A stretch of DNA of 64,000 nt from an uncultured Verrucomicrobiota bacterium (GTDB lineage Bacteria; Verrucomicrobiota; Verrucomicrobiia; Limisphaerales; UBA1100): positions 6,392-70,391 of the forward strand of contig CAZTTU010000002.1 in assembly GCA_964616045.1 (NCBI GenBank), in the 5' to 3' direction. The position numbers were made by a program, and so were the translations under genes. The notes under the pieces are model-generated. The model saw only the letters and a list, made by a program, of their open reading frames with translations, was not told where the DNA came from and did not search any database. Below, piece by piece: positions 1-13,558 of the stretch. Every line of letters begins with the position of its first letter. The stretch's first letter is position 1.

Positions 1-1373
1 CGACTCAGATCGGAGTGGGCTTGGTCGGAGTAATATACATTCTGGATGAGCCTTCAATAGGTTTGCATCAGCGGGATAATGATCGGCTTCTTATTACCCT
101 CAAAGGGCTTCGCGATCTTGGGAACACTGTCCTGGTTGTTGAACATGATGAGGAGACTATCCGCGCTGCTGATTATGTGATGGATCTTGGGCCGGGGGCT
201 GGCATGCACGGTGGCGAACTGGTTGTGGCGGGGAGTCTGAAGGAAGTGTGCCAATCCAAGCGATCTATTACAGCCAAATATTTAACTGGTGAATATAAGA
301 TTGATGTACCCAAGTCACGTGTCATGGCCGACCCGGAAAAAGGCTGGCTTGTTATCCGAGGTGCGTCAGAAAACAATTTGAAGAGTATTGATGTGAAAAT
401 CCCTCTGGGAATGCTTACATGTGTTACGGGAGTAAGCGGATCCGGGAAGAGTACATTGGTGGATGATGTGCTGCGTAAGGCTGTTTTCCGGAAATGGTAT
501 GGTTCCAAGGAAAGGCCTGGTGCGCATGAGGCTATTGAAGGGATTGATTATCTAGATAAGGCCATTGTGATCGATCAATCGCCCATTGGCCGCACTCCTC
601 GCAGTAACCCTGCGACTTACACGGGGATGTTTACACACATCCGGGATCTATTTGCCAAATTGCCTGCAGCAAAAGTACGTGGATACGGTCCAGGGCGTTT
701 TAGTTTTAATGTGAAAGGTGGACGTTGCGAGAAATGCGCGGGGGATGGTTTGTTAAAGATAGAGATGCATTTTCTACCTGCGGTTTATGTGCCATGCGAA
801 GAATGTCAAGGACGTCGGTATAATCGTGAGACCCTGGAAATACATTATAAAGGGTTGAACATCTCTGATATACTTGGGCTGACAGTTGACAGGGCATGTG
901 ACTTTTTTCGTGCAGTGCCTCAGATTTTCAACATTTGTAGCACCCTTTGCGAAGTAGGGCTTGGATATCTTCAACTTGGTCAATCTGCCACGACCCTGAG
1001 TGGGGGTGAAGCTCAGCGAATTAAGCTGGCGTCAGAACTCAGCAAGCGATCCACTGGGAGAACCCTTTATCTGCTTGATGAGCCCACTACCGGCCTTCAT
1101 TTTCATGACATTGTTCGATTGCTCGATGTGTTTGTCAAACTTCGGGATGTGGGCAATACGCTGGTAGTTATAGAGCATAATCTTGATGTTGTTAAATGTG
1201 CAGATTGGTTAATCGACTTGGGTCCGGACGGTGGTGATGGTGGTGGCCAATTGATCATCGAAGGCCCGCCTGAGCATGTTGCTAAATGTACTGAGAGTCA
1301 TACTGGCCAATTTTTGAGTCGTGTTTTGCCAACTCCAAAAGTTAGAATTGGACGAGAGGCAATAGCCGGATGA
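1..1373 (+). CDS. uvrA: Excinuclease ABC subunit A (UvrA), C-terminal part; the 5' end lies outside the window
   Basis: The frame is open from the window edge (codons from nt 3 read [26 protein letters not shown]). The second ABC module has Walker [10 protein letters not shown], signature LSGGEAQR and Walker [13 protein letters not shown]. There is a zinc module CEKCAGDG...CEECQGRRY. Confidence 0.95.
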   Translation, partial: TQIGVGLVGVIYILDEPSIGLHQRDNDRLLITLKGLRDLGNTVLVVEHDEETIRAADYVMDLGPGAGMHGGELVVAGSLKEVCQSKRSITAKYLTGEYKIDVPKSRVMADPEKGWLVIRGASENNLKSIDVKIPLGMLTCVTGVSGSGKSTLVDDVLRKAVFRKWYGSKERPGAHEAIEGIDYLDKAIVIDQSPIGRTPRSNPATYTGMFTHIRDLFAKLPAAKVRGYGPGRFSFNVKGGRCEKCAGDGLLKIEMHFLPAVYVPCEECQGRRYNRETLEIHYKGLNISDILGLTVDRACDFFRAVPQIFNICSTLCEVGLGYLQLGQSATTLSGGEAQRIKLASELSKRSTGRTLYLLDEPTTGLHFHDIVRLLDVFVKLRDVGNTLVVIEHNLDVVKCADWLIDLGPDGGDGGGQLIIEGPPEHVAKCTESHTGQFLSRVLPTPKVRIGREAIAG

Positions 1374-4009
1374 GAGTTTCTTTTACACTAATAGGTTTCG
1401 CGTGGTTGTTGTGCTCCTCCGGCACTGCTTTTTCCGTAGGGACGGTAATTAGTCCGCCCGGTGGAACAAAGACAGATGAAAGATTATTTGTTTCTGCAAT
1501 TCGGAGTTTTCAAGGTGGGCATTGGGGGACTTCAGTCCGTTGGTTTAGAGAATTTATTAGGACACAATCAAATTCGCCTCGTCATTCTTTGGCTGTTTTG
1601 TTGATGGCCCAGTCGCATTTTCAGCAGCGCTCATTCAAGGAAGCTTACACGGTGCTTTCCAATGGGTTCTCCAATGCGGGCCCATTGGAAGATGAATTTG
1701 TATTTTGGATGGCTGAGTGCCGAATGAGCCAGGATAATCTTGAGGCGGCTGCGCAATATTATCGCAAACTCTTGCGTGAATACCCTGAATCCAACCGTAA
1801 AGCCGAGTCAGTTGTTGCTCTTGCTAATGTGTTGGCGCGACAAAATGATTGGATAAAGGTAGTGGACACACTCCGGGTTGCTAATGAACCACTCTCAGAG
1901 CCGGGCACTCTAGATACTCGCAACGAAGTTGCCTTGGAGGCGATTTTTTTATTGGGGCAAGCTTTGCTTGAGCAAAGGGACTTGTCGGCTTCTTGCTCGA
2001 CTCTTGACCTTTTGCCTAATGGTTTGTTGCCTAATCAAAATTGGAGGCGGCTACTATTACGAGCAAAAATTGCGGCAGAGCGGGGGGAAGTGGATCAGGC
2101 CTTGTTGATGGGTGATCAATTGCGGACTATTGCAGAACAGGAGGGATGGAGTGAAGAACTTGTCAGTTCCTATCAGTTGCGCGCGAAGTTATATGAGCGC
2201 AAATTGGAATGGGGCAAAGCCGCCCGGGAATACGTGCATTTGTTTAATGGTAGATTATCCCCTGCGATTCGTCACCATGCTTTTTTAAATGTTGTGAGGC
2301 TGCGCGTAAAAGGTGGTGATTTTTCAGGCGCCAATTCGACGCTTCGGGAAATTCGGCAGCAAAAAACCTTAGAGCTACTCCATCCGATTGCTGACTATTT
2401 GACTGGGGAAATATATTTACTGATGCACCTTTCAGGTGAAGAAGCTTGGCTAAGCTTGGCTATGGAACATTTTGAAAAGATCAAATTGCAGGCTCGGAAT
2501 GAGCCGCTACGGGCTCACGCGCTATGGGGTTTGGCTCGGTGTCAGAGCCTGGACGGTAAAGTTATGCGAGCGATTGAATCTATGCAAAATTGCCTTGAGG
2601 TTGCAAAGAGTAAAAATCTGCGAGCCTGGGTGCAATACAATCTGGCGTTGGAATACTCAAGGCAAGGCATGCATGGTGCCGCAAATCTAATGTTCCGAAA
2701 TGTTCGAACCAATGTGGTTAATGTGACGGCAAAAGAGCTTATGAATGCAGCACTTTTAATGCAATTTAAGAGTACATTGGCTGACCATAATGATTCGGGT
2801 GCTGAGATCTTGCTGGGAGATATACGAGAGCAGTCGGGAGTTTCTCATTTAGGGGAGGCTCTTTTGTTGATGGTTCAAGAGAAAATAGACCGTGGGGAAA
2901 GGGGGGCTGCAGGCAAGATTTTCGTCGAAATTAGAAGGGGGGGGGCCTCATCGAATTTGCTGGCGGCTGCAGATCTAGAAGAAATCCGGCTCATGGTGAT
3001 CGACCGCAAGTGGACTAAAGTTATCACCGCATACGACATTTGGCTTAAAAAATACCCACGCCATCAAAGTAGGCCTGAAGTTCTTTTTGATCGAGCTTGG
3101 GCATTGGCGCAGTCAGGGCAAACCGAGGGTGCTGTGAAATCCTTCAATGAATTGATCAATATTAGCCCAAATATACGGCAAGCATTCATGGCAAAAATGT
3201 GGCTAGCTGACAGGGTCTATAACTCGAATAATAATCAACTGACTGCGGAAAAGTTATACAAGGACATTTATGGTGCAACAAATTGCCCGCCCTCAATTAG
3301 GTACCGGGCAGGAATGATGGCGGGACGTGCGGCAATTAAGCGCCAGGGTTTTAGTGATGCGCGTAATACTTTTAAATCCTTGATCGACGACGAGAAGGTA
3401 AAAGCAAAGAGCCCCCAGATTCATACAGATGCTTTTTTTGCATTGGGTGACTTGACAATTATGGAGTTGGGGCAGGAGGCACAGGGCCAAATAAAGAAAT
3501 TGACGCAAGCGACAAATGCTTTTGATAGGATCATTCAGGAATCTCCCACTAATGCTGTTGCGGCTCGAGCTTGGGGGCGCATAGGAGATTGTTGTCTCAG
3601 GGTGTCTGGTGAACAGCCAGCTTATCTGAAGCATGCACAGATGGCCTATGAAAAGGCATTGGCAATAACAGAACCAATTCCCGTAAATATTCGTAGTCAA
3701 TCACGTATTGGATTGGCCTATGCCCTTGAAAGGCAGGCGAGCGGAGAGGATCGTGAAAAAATTTTGCAAGAGTCCGTTGATCATTTATTGGCGGTGTATT
3801 TTGGGCGCGACCTAAAGGTGGCTGAAAAGCAGGACCCGTATTGGCGCGCACAAAGCGGGTTGATTGCGTTGCGGTTGTTGGAACAATTGGGCAGTTATGA
3901 TGAGGCCCTTAAAATATGCGATGATATGGAAGGGAATTTTTCAGGGATGCAACCGGGTTTGAGGGTGCGGAAAGAGCGACTCCGACAATTAAAAGATAAG
4001 AACCCATAA
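1370..4009 (+). CDS. Secreted tetratricopeptide (TPR)-repeat protein, function unknown
   Basis: 879-aa ORF with a hydrophobic signal-like N-terminus ([22 protein letters not shown]). Helical A/L/Y/W-rich ~34-aa units recur throughout (e.g. [27 protein letters not shown]). The ATG overlaps the uvrA stop (ATGA at 1370-1373). Confidence 0.7.
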   Translation: MRVSFTLIGFAWLLCSSGTAFSVGTVISPPGGTKTDERLFVSAIRSFQGGHWGTSVRWFREFIRTQSNSPRHSLAVLLMAQSHFQQRSFKEAYTVLSNGFSNAGPLEDEFVFWMAECRMSQDNLEAAAQYYRKLLREYPESNRKAESVVALANVLARQNDWIKVVDTLRVANEPLSEPGTLDTRNEVALEAIFLLGQALLEQRDLSASCSTLDLLPNGLLPNQNWRRLLLRAKIAAERGEVDQALLMGDQLRTIAEQEGWSEELVSSYQLRAKLYERKLEWGKAAREYVHLFNGRLSPAIRHHAFLNVVRLRVKGGDFSGANSTLREIRQQKTLELLHPIADYLTGEIYLLMHLSGEEAWLSLAMEHFEKIKLQARNEPLRAHALWGLARCQSLDGKVMRAIESMQNCLEVAKSKNLRAWVQYNLALEYSRQGMHGAANLMFRNVRTNVVNVTAKELMNAALLMQFKSTLADHNDSGAEILLGDIREQSGVSHLGEALLLMVQEKIDRGERGAAGKIFVEIRRGGASSNLLAAADLEEIRLMVIDRKWTKVITAYDIWLKKYPRHQSRPEVLFDRAWALAQSGQTEGAVKSFNELINISPNIRQAFMAKMWLADRVYNSNNNQLTAEKLYKDIYGATNCPPSIRYRAGMMAGRAAIKRQGFSDARNTFKSLIDDEKVKAKSPQIHTDAFFALGDLTIMELGQEAQGQIKKLTQATNAFDRIIQESPTNAVAARAWGRIGDCCLRVSGEQPAYLKHAQMAYEKALAITEPIPVNIRSQSRIGLAYALERQASGEDREKILQESVDHLLAVYFGRDLKVAEKQDPYWRAQSGLIALRLLEQLGSYDEALKICDDMEGNFSGMQPGLRVRKERLRQLKDKNP

Positions 4010-4299
4010 TGAAGCTGCTGGCATCTTGGCATGAATTGTTTACTCAAATATCCCGCTGGCGCCTCGTTTCCTTTGCTGCAAACCGGGCATGGTATTGACG
4101 TGAACCCTTTCGCATGGGAGGCTTTACTGGTTCAAGTGAAAGTAAATTGAAAAACATGATGCTATGTGTATATGTGGAATGGGAGAGTTTGTTCAGCAAG
4201 CATCTCTGCAGGATGTTCGTCGATTCTCAGGAATTTTGTATGACAGTGAATCCCAAAATGAAGGCTGCTTGTAGTCGCGGGGAATATTTTTGAGGTTAA

Positions 4300-7220
<2,921 letters not shown>

Positions 7221-7229
<9 letters not shown>

Positions 7230-7919
7230 GGCAAATCAGCAGGGGAAGTGGTGGTGATCACAGGAGTATCACGCGGACTGGGGCGCGCGATGGCATTTGA
7301 ATTTGCTGACCGGGGGCATTGTGTGATTGGTTGTAGTCGAAACGAAAAAAAATTGTTGAGTCTGGCTCAAAAACTGGGGGATGGTCACTCATTTTCGGTT
7401 GTGGACGTGGTGAATGACGAGGCCGTGGCCACATGGGTGGATGCGGCGATTGAAGAGTTTGGAGCTCCGGATTTGCTATTGAACAATGCAGCGGTAATCA
7501 ACAAGAGTAAGTATTTATGGGAGCTTTCAGCGGTAGAATTTGATGAGGTGGTGGACATTAATATTAAGGGTGTTACCAATGTGATTCGGCATTTTTTGCC
7601 TCGGATGGCCAGAAATCAAAAAGGAGTGATAGTGAATTTCAGTTCCGGATGGGGCAGATCGGCTTCTCCTGAGGTTGCGCCATATTGCGCCACCAAATAC
7701 GCAATTGAGGGATTGACGCAGGCATTGGCACTTGAGTTGCCAGAGGGAATGGCGGCGGTGCCGTTAAATCCAGGCATCATCAACACCGATATGCTTCGGA
7801 GTTGCTTTGGCCCTTCTGCAGCGGATTTTACCTCGCCAACGGAATGGGCGAAGACGGCAGTCCCTTTTTTATTGAATCTTGGGCCTCAAAATAACGGTCA
7901 GTCCATGACGGTCGGATAG
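7221..7919 (+). CDS. Short-chain dehydrogenase/reductase (SDR) family oxidoreductase
   Basis: Cofactor motif VVITGVSRGLG (TGxxxGxG), NNAAV, and catalytic YxxxK in YCATKYA. An alternative ATG lies at 7176. Confidence 0.85.
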
Positions 7920-7964
7920 TTTCGGCTTGTTCACAGTTTGCCAATTTGATAGTATTGTCTCAGT

Positions 7965-8234
7965 GTGAGTTCGCCAAAAAAAGACAAAGATTCAAGCCCT
8001 ATGATTGTAGGGGTAGGACTCGACTCGGATGGCCATAAGCGGGTCACCAGAGGTGAGAATTTTGCACTAGTGGGAGGAACGGAGGAGACACACGAGAAAA
8101 TGACCGAGACAGCTGTTAAAATTAACGAGAAAATTGCTGGCCGAGGTAAGCGCTTGGAAGAGGTGAGCCACGAAGAATTTGACGATATTGCACATGACGT
8201 GGGCCTGCGCCGGCACGATCCGGCGCAAAACTAA
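7965..8234 (+). CDS. Small hypothetical protein (89 aa, or 77 aa from the ATG at 8001)
   Basis: Intact ORF with a GTG start in a gap between annotated genes. The sequence is acidic and helical (GGTEETHEKMTETAVKINEKI). I recognise no motif. Confidence 0.45.
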   Translation: MSSPKKDKDSSPMIVGVGLDSDGHKRVTRGENFALVGGTEETHEKMTETAVKINEKIAGRGKRLEEVSHEEFDDIAHDVGLRRHDPAQN

Positions 8235-8426
8235 GGGCGTACTCCTTGAGGAATTCTATTATTTAGCGCGAATATATATTAACTTAGGCATTCTCCGCGT
8301 AATTTAATGCTTCTATCATGATCACAAGAACACCGCGCAATCTAATTTCTCCCGAGGCAGCAAGGGCAAAAAAATGATCTTGCTTGCTAAGTGAGGAACA
8401 GACCAAGTATCGGCTACAACTAGGAT

Positions 8427-8464
8427 CTTCACCCGCTGGCTTTGGTCGGCGGGTGAAGTTTTTT
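8427..8464 (+). terminator. Rho-independent terminator-like hairpin with a U-tract on the plus strand
   Basis: A 10-bp perfect stem, cttcacccgc (8427-8436) pairing with gcgggtgaag (8449-8458), with a 12-nt loop, followed directly by tttttt (8459-8464). It abuts the stop (8463) of the convergent minus-strand peptidase gene. Confidence 0.65.
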
Positions 8465-9284
8465 ACCGCCAAGTTAATGGGTCCACTCGGTAATATTCGC
8501 GCAACAGATCGTAAAGTTCCGGTCGTTTCTTGTTCAGCTGGTATGGTTTTTCAAAAAATGTTTCTGTGACAACAGAAAAAAATTCTGGTGGACTGGTTGC
8601 TCCATAATCGTCGATGACCGTTTTTTGGCCACGGTCTACTTTGTCCTGTAAATCAGAAAACACATGCGAACATACCCTTTGCCAGCGTTTGTATTGTTCT
8701 TGGGAGCCCAGTGCGGGTGCGCCATCGGTTAAACCGTCGGATTGGTCAAGTTGATGGGCGAACTCATGGATAACCAGATTGCGAGCATCCTTTGCGTTGG
8801 CAGCACCGGTTCGCGTGTTGTCCCATGACAAAACCACAAGACCGTTTTCCCAAGACTGTCCTTGCACTGCAATTTTTTTTTCCATCCTCTCACCTGCGAT
8901 TGTATCATGGTTAGTGGCAGAATATGCCTTGGGGTGAATCACGACTGAGCGAAGTTTGTTCGTGAAGAAGGTCCCTTGATTCAAGAGGAGAATACATGCC
9001 TGAGCTGATGTCATCACGCGAATTTCATCTGTAATCGTAAGTCCATTCACACCTCTAAAATCGATTCGTCCTAAAAACACGAGCGTGAGCTGTTCAAGTT
9101 GATGCCGTAAATCATTCGGCAGCTTACCGTACAAAGGCCATCCGGACTGCAGAATGTTTTGCCATTCCTCGGGGAATGGCTCGTCCGGAAGCTCAATGTC
9201 ATTCGGTGAGGCTTTTGACTTCATGCCCCAAGCTATAACTATTGCGGCCACAACGGTAATAGTCGTGATTATTAGTTCAGGCAT
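8463..9284 (-). CDS. Membrane-anchored zinc metallopeptidase, MtfA/M90-like
   Basis: HExxH in LVIHEFAHQLDQSDG. N-terminal TM helix MPELIITTITVVAAIVIAWG. Length and layout resemble the glucose-regulated M90 peptidase family. Confidence 0.7.
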   Translation of the reverse strand: MPELIITTITVVAAIVIAWGMKSKASPNDIELPDEPFPEEWQNILQSGWPLYGKLPNDLRHQLEQLTLVFLGRIDFRGVNGLTITDEIRVMTSAQACILLLNQGTFFTNKLRSVVIHPKAYSATNHDTIAGERMEKKIAVQGQSWENGLVVLSWDNTRTGAANAKDARNLVIHEFAHQLDQSDGLTDGAPALGSQEQYKRWQRVCSHVFSDLQDKVDRGQKTVIDDYGATSPPEFFSVVTETFFEKPYQLNKKRPELYDLLREYYRVDPLTWR

Positions 9285-9287
9285 GGG

Positions 9288-11618
9288 TTATCGTTTTGGC
9301 CAATTCAGATGGCGATGAAGAAACCTGTAGGTGGCTTTCCCGTTGATGGAGTGCGGTCCGTTGAAGAATTCAATCTCAGTGCGTTCCGGTATGCCGAGAT
9401 TGGCATATAGTCTTCGAACTTTTGCGTATTCATATGCCACCCATTCATCAGGCGCTACACCATCTTTGTGGCCACGTTCCACCATGAACGGCCGCGGCGC
9501 GATTAAAGCTGCCATTTCAGCATAGTTGAAAGTATGGCCAAGGTTGTATTCAAACATCTCATATTCTCCGGTGAAGAGATAGCTGTAATGAGAATCCACC
9601 GTTGTGTTCTTTCTGATCCATTCATTGAAATCTGCCGAGCAGATCGAAAGGCAATAACGTGGCACCAAAGCCGGTACACGCATTGCGGTTTTCCCCCCGT
9701 ACGATAGGCCGTAGAAACCAATCCGAGATTTGTCGACATAAGGCAGCATTTCCAACCAATCAATGATGCGATTGTGTTGGGCGATGATTACTGAAAAAAG
9801 AGAGCGCCCCAGTGGATTTGCTTTGCGCTGTAGCACACGAAAGGCGTCGCGACCGCGATACGGATTGTGTGGTGCGAATGTAATAAATCCGCGATCGGCC
9901 AGTTCAGCGGCGAATCCCTTGTAATAGCGAAAGGATCGTTCATTTTTATTGCGCGTTACCACATCATTGGGAACTCCCTCTAGGCCGTGCTGGCAGACGA
10001 CAACTGGTCTCTTTTCGTCCAGTTGAATATCTTTTGGAATGAGGAGATATCCCCAAGCATAAACGTCTTGCCACACGTCAAGAACCACTTCGTAACAAAT
10101 CCACTTTTTAGTCTCTAAAATTTTTCGGCTACGCGGATTAGCAGGCTGATTGGCCTCAGGGAATTGGCCAATGACATTATTCCAAAGCTGCATTCGGTGC
10201 GGTTCACATTGGTTGTTCCAATTGTTGACATCGCTCGTTGGAAGTTTCTTCCAAAAATTTTCCGCGCGTTTGTGCTCAGAAAATCGGAGCAAGCGCTGGT
10301 TGTATTCAACTAGCTCTTCAATTTGACGTTTTTGGCGATCTGGCACCGTATTTATCTGGGATTTTTTGGCGAGGAGAGGCCTGGTTTTCCATCCCTTGAT
10401 TGGTGTCATCTGCAGCATTTCAAACAGTGTCTCTAGAGCTGGATCGCTCCCAAATGTATCGAGTGGTTCATCGTTTTCTGCCGTCACCATTGCCATCCGC
10501 GTGCCCTTGGCTGCTAATTTTATGGCGCGTTTATATTCAGCATCCACAGTCGCAAATCCAGGTGTTTTGAGAATCCCTGGTGCGGCACCTCCGGTGCGTC
10601 CCTTGATCGGGGCGGGTGGGCCATTTGTTTCCGCGATTTTACTGTGTTCAACCACCATTGAGCGCGGTGAAATTAGGCTTGCGATTTCTGCATCACTAAA
10701 CTGCTCGAGCAAGCCAAAGGCGTTGCGATAGATGGGTTCTTCCCAAATGCGATCGCGTTCATTGAAGTACCCGCTCACAAGTGTGGCTTTGATGCGTTTA
10801 TCCAAGGCTGCCGAATAAAAGGCAATCAATCCACCTTCATGATATCCAGCGATTCCAATAGTTGGGGGATTTGGGGTCTTGTTATTTTCAGTGGCAAACC
10901 AATTTATAATTGCCTGAACCTTTAATACTTCGTAGCCGATAATATGTCTGCCCATTTGAAATGCCTGCCGGTAAACCCATTCGCGGTGAGGTTGATTGGT
11001 GAAGCGCACCCGTGAATTACCTGAGTTTTCATTGCTTCGATTTATAAGGGTTGGCACAACTACTTGGCAACCCGCCGCGGCAAGGCGGCGAGCAAATTGC
11101 GCCTTTGGCTCGATGCCGGACTCAATGCCAGCCAATTGCTCAGGTGTCTGATCAGCATCAGGAATAGCCACAACTCGTCCCCGAATTTTTCCTTCGGGTT
11201 GAATCAAAAGTCCTTCTCCATGAACGCCTTTGAAAACGGCCCATCGCACAGCGTGGATTGTCATGGTGGCATCTTTATAGAGGAGTGAAGGTTGATCGGT
11301 GGTGGAGATGTATTCAAGGCCCTTGACCGACTCAAGTTTATCGACTGCGCCAATGCAAAAACGGAAGCGATCACGGTTTTTCTGAACAGAGGAATTGTAG
11401 CTGTCAATGGTGCGGTAGTCTCGTTTCCAGAACATGGTGCGGCGCTTGGGGGCTTCTCTGATTTCCCTCGATAGAAACCGATTAATGCCTGCGATCATTT
11501 GCGCTGACAGATCTCCTTCAAGTTTGAGCGGTTTGGTGTTCCAGAGGGTTAAGCCATCTTCAGCCGAGAATAATTGAAATGAGACGTGAAAAAGGGTGAA
11601 TAGAAGAAATAAGCGCAT
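9288..11618 (-). CDS. Secreted tandem alpha/beta-hydrolase-fold protein (esterase/peptidase-like)
   Basis: 776 aa with a signal-like N-terminus MRLFLLFTLFHVSFQLFSA. The C-terminal half has the nucleophile elbow GLSYGG (GxSxG). The N-terminal half has a degenerate elbow, GIAGYHEGG, with His in the Ser position. Confidence 0.65.
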   Translation of the reverse strand: MRLFLLFTLFHVSFQLFSAEDGLTLWNTKPLKLEGDLSAQMIAGINRFLSREIREAPKRRTMFWKRDYRTIDSYNSSVQKNRDRFRFCIGAVDKLESVKGLEYISTTDQPSLLYKDATMTIHAVRWAVFKGVHGEGLLIQPEGKIRGRVVAIPDADQTPEQLAGIESGIEPKAQFARRLAAAGCQVVVPTLINRSNENSGNSRVRFTNQPHREWVYRQAFQMGRHIIGYEVLKVQAIINWFATENNKTPNPPTIGIAGYHEGGLIAFYSAALDKRIKATLVSGYFNERDRIWEEPIYRNAFGLLEQFSDAEIASLISPRSMVVEHSKIAETNGPPAPIKGRTGGAAPGILKTPGFATVDAEYKRAIKLAAKGTRMAMVTAENDEPLDTFGSDPALETLFEMLQMTPIKGWKTRPLLAKKSQINTVPDRQKRQIEELVEYNQRLLRFSEHKRAENFWKKLPTSDVNNWNNQCEPHRMQLWNNVIGQFPEANQPANPRSRKILETKKWICYEVVLDVWQDVYAWGYLLIPKDIQLDEKRPVVVCQHGLEGVPNDVVTRNKNERSFRYYKGFAAELADRGFITFAPHNPYRGRDAFRVLQRKANPLGRSLFSVIIAQHNRIIDWLEMLPYVDKSRIGFYGLSYGGKTAMRVPALVPRYCLSICSADFNEWIRKNTTVDSHYSYLFTGEYEMFEYNLGHTFNYAEMAALIAPRPFMVERGHKDGVAPDEWVAYEYAKVRRLYANLGIPERTEIEFFNGPHSINGKATYRFLHRHLNWPKR

Positions 11619-11665
11619 GCCGCAATGGCAACTCCCCCAGTAATTTCTGTCAAAAGAATTCGGGG

Positions 11666-13546
11666 TCAGAGCTGTTCGCCGACGCTGATGAGTTCGGTGT
11701 TGTTATTGCCATCGACAATCTTGAATTGTTCAGCGTGAAAGGAGGTTTCTGAGCGGAACTCGAGCTTTACAAGGTATTTTTTCTCAAAATTGATAATCAA
11801 ATCCTCGTCGTCTTTCCGAAGTCGGTCGAGCACGTTGGGATTGACGACTATTCGTAGGAGGGAGTCTCCCTGATCCACTTGACGGCTCTTAAGAATCTCT
11901 GTGAGTTTGCGCTGAATCTCAACGCTCATGGTTACAGGGCTCTTGATTACACCGCGGCCCTTGCAGTAATCGCATTCATCATGGAAGGCAGATTGTACAC
12001 TTTCGGATTGACGTTGTCGCGTCATTTCCATCAAGCCAAGCTTTGATATGGGTTCGATGTGTGTCTTGGCTTTATCGTGCCTCAAGCATTCCCTCATCTT
12101 GTTGAAGACCTTTTCGCGATCTCGACGTTGTTTCATGTCGATATAATCAATCACAATCAAGCCGCCCATGTTCCGGAGTTTAAGTTGGCGGCAAACTTCC
12201 TCAGCTGCTTCCATGTTCACGCGAAGAATAGTGCTGCCTTGATCTTTTCCGCCTCCTTTGTGGCTTCCGCTGTTTACGTCAATGGCGACTAGGGCTTCCG
12301 TTTCATCAATTACCAGTGCGCCGCCGCTCTTGAGATTTACTTTACGCGAAAACGCTTGGGCGAGTTGCTTGGTGATGCCATGGCGATCGAAGATCGGCTG
12401 AGCTTCTGTGTAGAGTTTAACTTTTTTCTTGGAGCGAGGAGATACTTTATGAATGAGGGATTGTATGCGCTCATAGGCAGTACGGTTGTCGATTAAGATC
12501 TGGTCTATATCGTCTGTGAGAAAATCTCGAACGATCCGTTCGATGAGGTCGGGTTCTCGGTAAACACATGCGGGTGCACGCATATTGTCGATGCGTTTTT
12601 TTACTTTCTTCCACTGATCCATAAGCAGTGTCAGGTCGCGGACAAAATAGGCTTTGCGTTGCCCTTCGCCAGCGGTGCGGAGGATGGCGCCTGTGTTTTC
12701 CGGGATGTCGAGCGACTGCAGGATGGATTTCAATCGTTTGCGCTCCTTAGCATCCTGAATTTTCTTTGAAATGCCAAGTTGGTCAGAGTAGGGAAGCAAT
12801 ACAAGAAAGCGACCAGGTATCGAAAGGTGTGTTGTGGCACGTGGACCCTTGGTGCCGATTGGGCCTTTCTGGACCTGCAGGATTATTTCGCTACCGGTAG
12901 GATATTTTTTGGGAATATCCTTCTTGGAAATACGTGGGGTGCTGCGGCGTTTGCCTTTTCGCTCCACGACTTCATATTGTTTTTCTAGATTGGCGGGTAG
13001 GATGTCCCAATAATGGAGGAAGGCGTTCTTTTCAATGCCGATGTCAACAAAGGCTGCTTCAAGGCGGTCCTCTAAATTGCGTACTTTGCCCTTGTAAATA
13101 CTTGCGACAATGCGCTCGACGTTGTTTCGCTCAATAGTAAAATCATCCAATCGATTTTTCTTTAGGATGCATATGCGCGTTTCAAGCGATTCGGCATTGA
13201 TGATGATTTCATTGCCGGAAGGTTTCTTTGGTAGGAGTTTACGGATGAATTTTTTTACGCTTGAAACGACGCCGGCCTCTTCATTTTTCTTAGATTTTGA
13301 GTTTTCCCCGGAGGGTTTGGCCTCAGTCTTTCTGGGTTCCTCTTTGATTCCGGCGGCTTCATTTTCAGCTTTCAGGATTTCAGTTTCGTGAGTTTTATCG
13401 TAGACCGGCTCATTGAGCAACCGGCCGTTTTCCATGTCTTCTCGGCCAGGTTCGGGGTTTTTATTTTTTATTAGCTTTGCGCGCATGCCGCCACTAGGAC
13501 GGAAATTGTTGCTTTTGCTGCGTTTGCCGAAGTTTTTTTTAGTCAT
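11666..13546 (-). CDS. rng: Rne/Rng-family ribonuclease (RNase G-like) with a ~110-aa Lys/Glu-rich N-terminal extension
   Basis: S1 domain IYKGKVRNLEDRLEAAFVDIGIEKNAFLHYWD. Catalytic core LVAIDVNSG and MGGLIVIDYIDM. Zn-link-like CDYCKGRG. Confidence 0.9.
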   Translation of the reverse strand: MTKKNFGKRSKSNNFRPSGGMRAKLIKNKNPEPGREDMENGRLLNEPVYDKTHETEILKAENEAAGIKEEPRKTEAKPSGENSKSKKNEEAGVVSSVKKFIRKLLPKKPSGNEIIINAESLETRICILKKNRLDDFTIERNNVERIVASIYKGKVRNLEDRLEAAFVDIGIEKNAFLHYWDILPANLEKQYEVVERKGKRRSTPRISKKDIPKKYPTGSEIILQVQKGPIGTKGPRATTHLSIPGRFLVLLPYSDQLGISKKIQDAKERKRLKSILQSLDIPENTGAILRTAGEGQRKAYFVRDLTLLMDQWKKVKKRIDNMRAPACVYREPDLIERIVRDFLTDDIDQILIDNRTAYERIQSLIHKVSPRSKKKVKLYTEAQPIFDRHGITKQLAQAFSRKVNLKSGGALVIDETEALVAIDVNSGSHKGGGKDQGSTILRVNMEAAEEVCRQLKLRNMGGLIVIDYIDMKQRRDREKVFNKMRECLRHDKAKTHIEPISKLGLMEMTRQRQSESVQSAFHDECDYCKGRGVIKSPVTMSVEIQRKLTEILKSRQVDQGDSLLRIVVNPNVLDRLRKDDEDLIINFEKKYLVKLEFRSETSFHAEQFKIVDGNNNTELISVGEQL

Positions 13547-13558
13547 AATATAATTTGC

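Noticed and set aside
4009-4098. A 29-codon ORF ([29 protein letters not shown]) whose ATG overlaps the TPR gene stop (TAATG), as a possible leader peptide for thiC
   Set aside because: It has no SD, no recognisable motif, and no way to test conservation here. An ORF of this length in a 300-nt gap is expected by chance.
4170-4260. A CUGAGA-containing stretch on the minus strand (CCUGAGAAUCGACGAACAUCCUGCAGAGAUGCUUGCUG), initially suggestive of a TPP riboswitch
   Set aside because: It is on the wrong strand to control thiC. It lacks the ACCC partner, the UAAU-type P5 loop and the terminal AGGGA. No minus-strand gene lies downstream of it.
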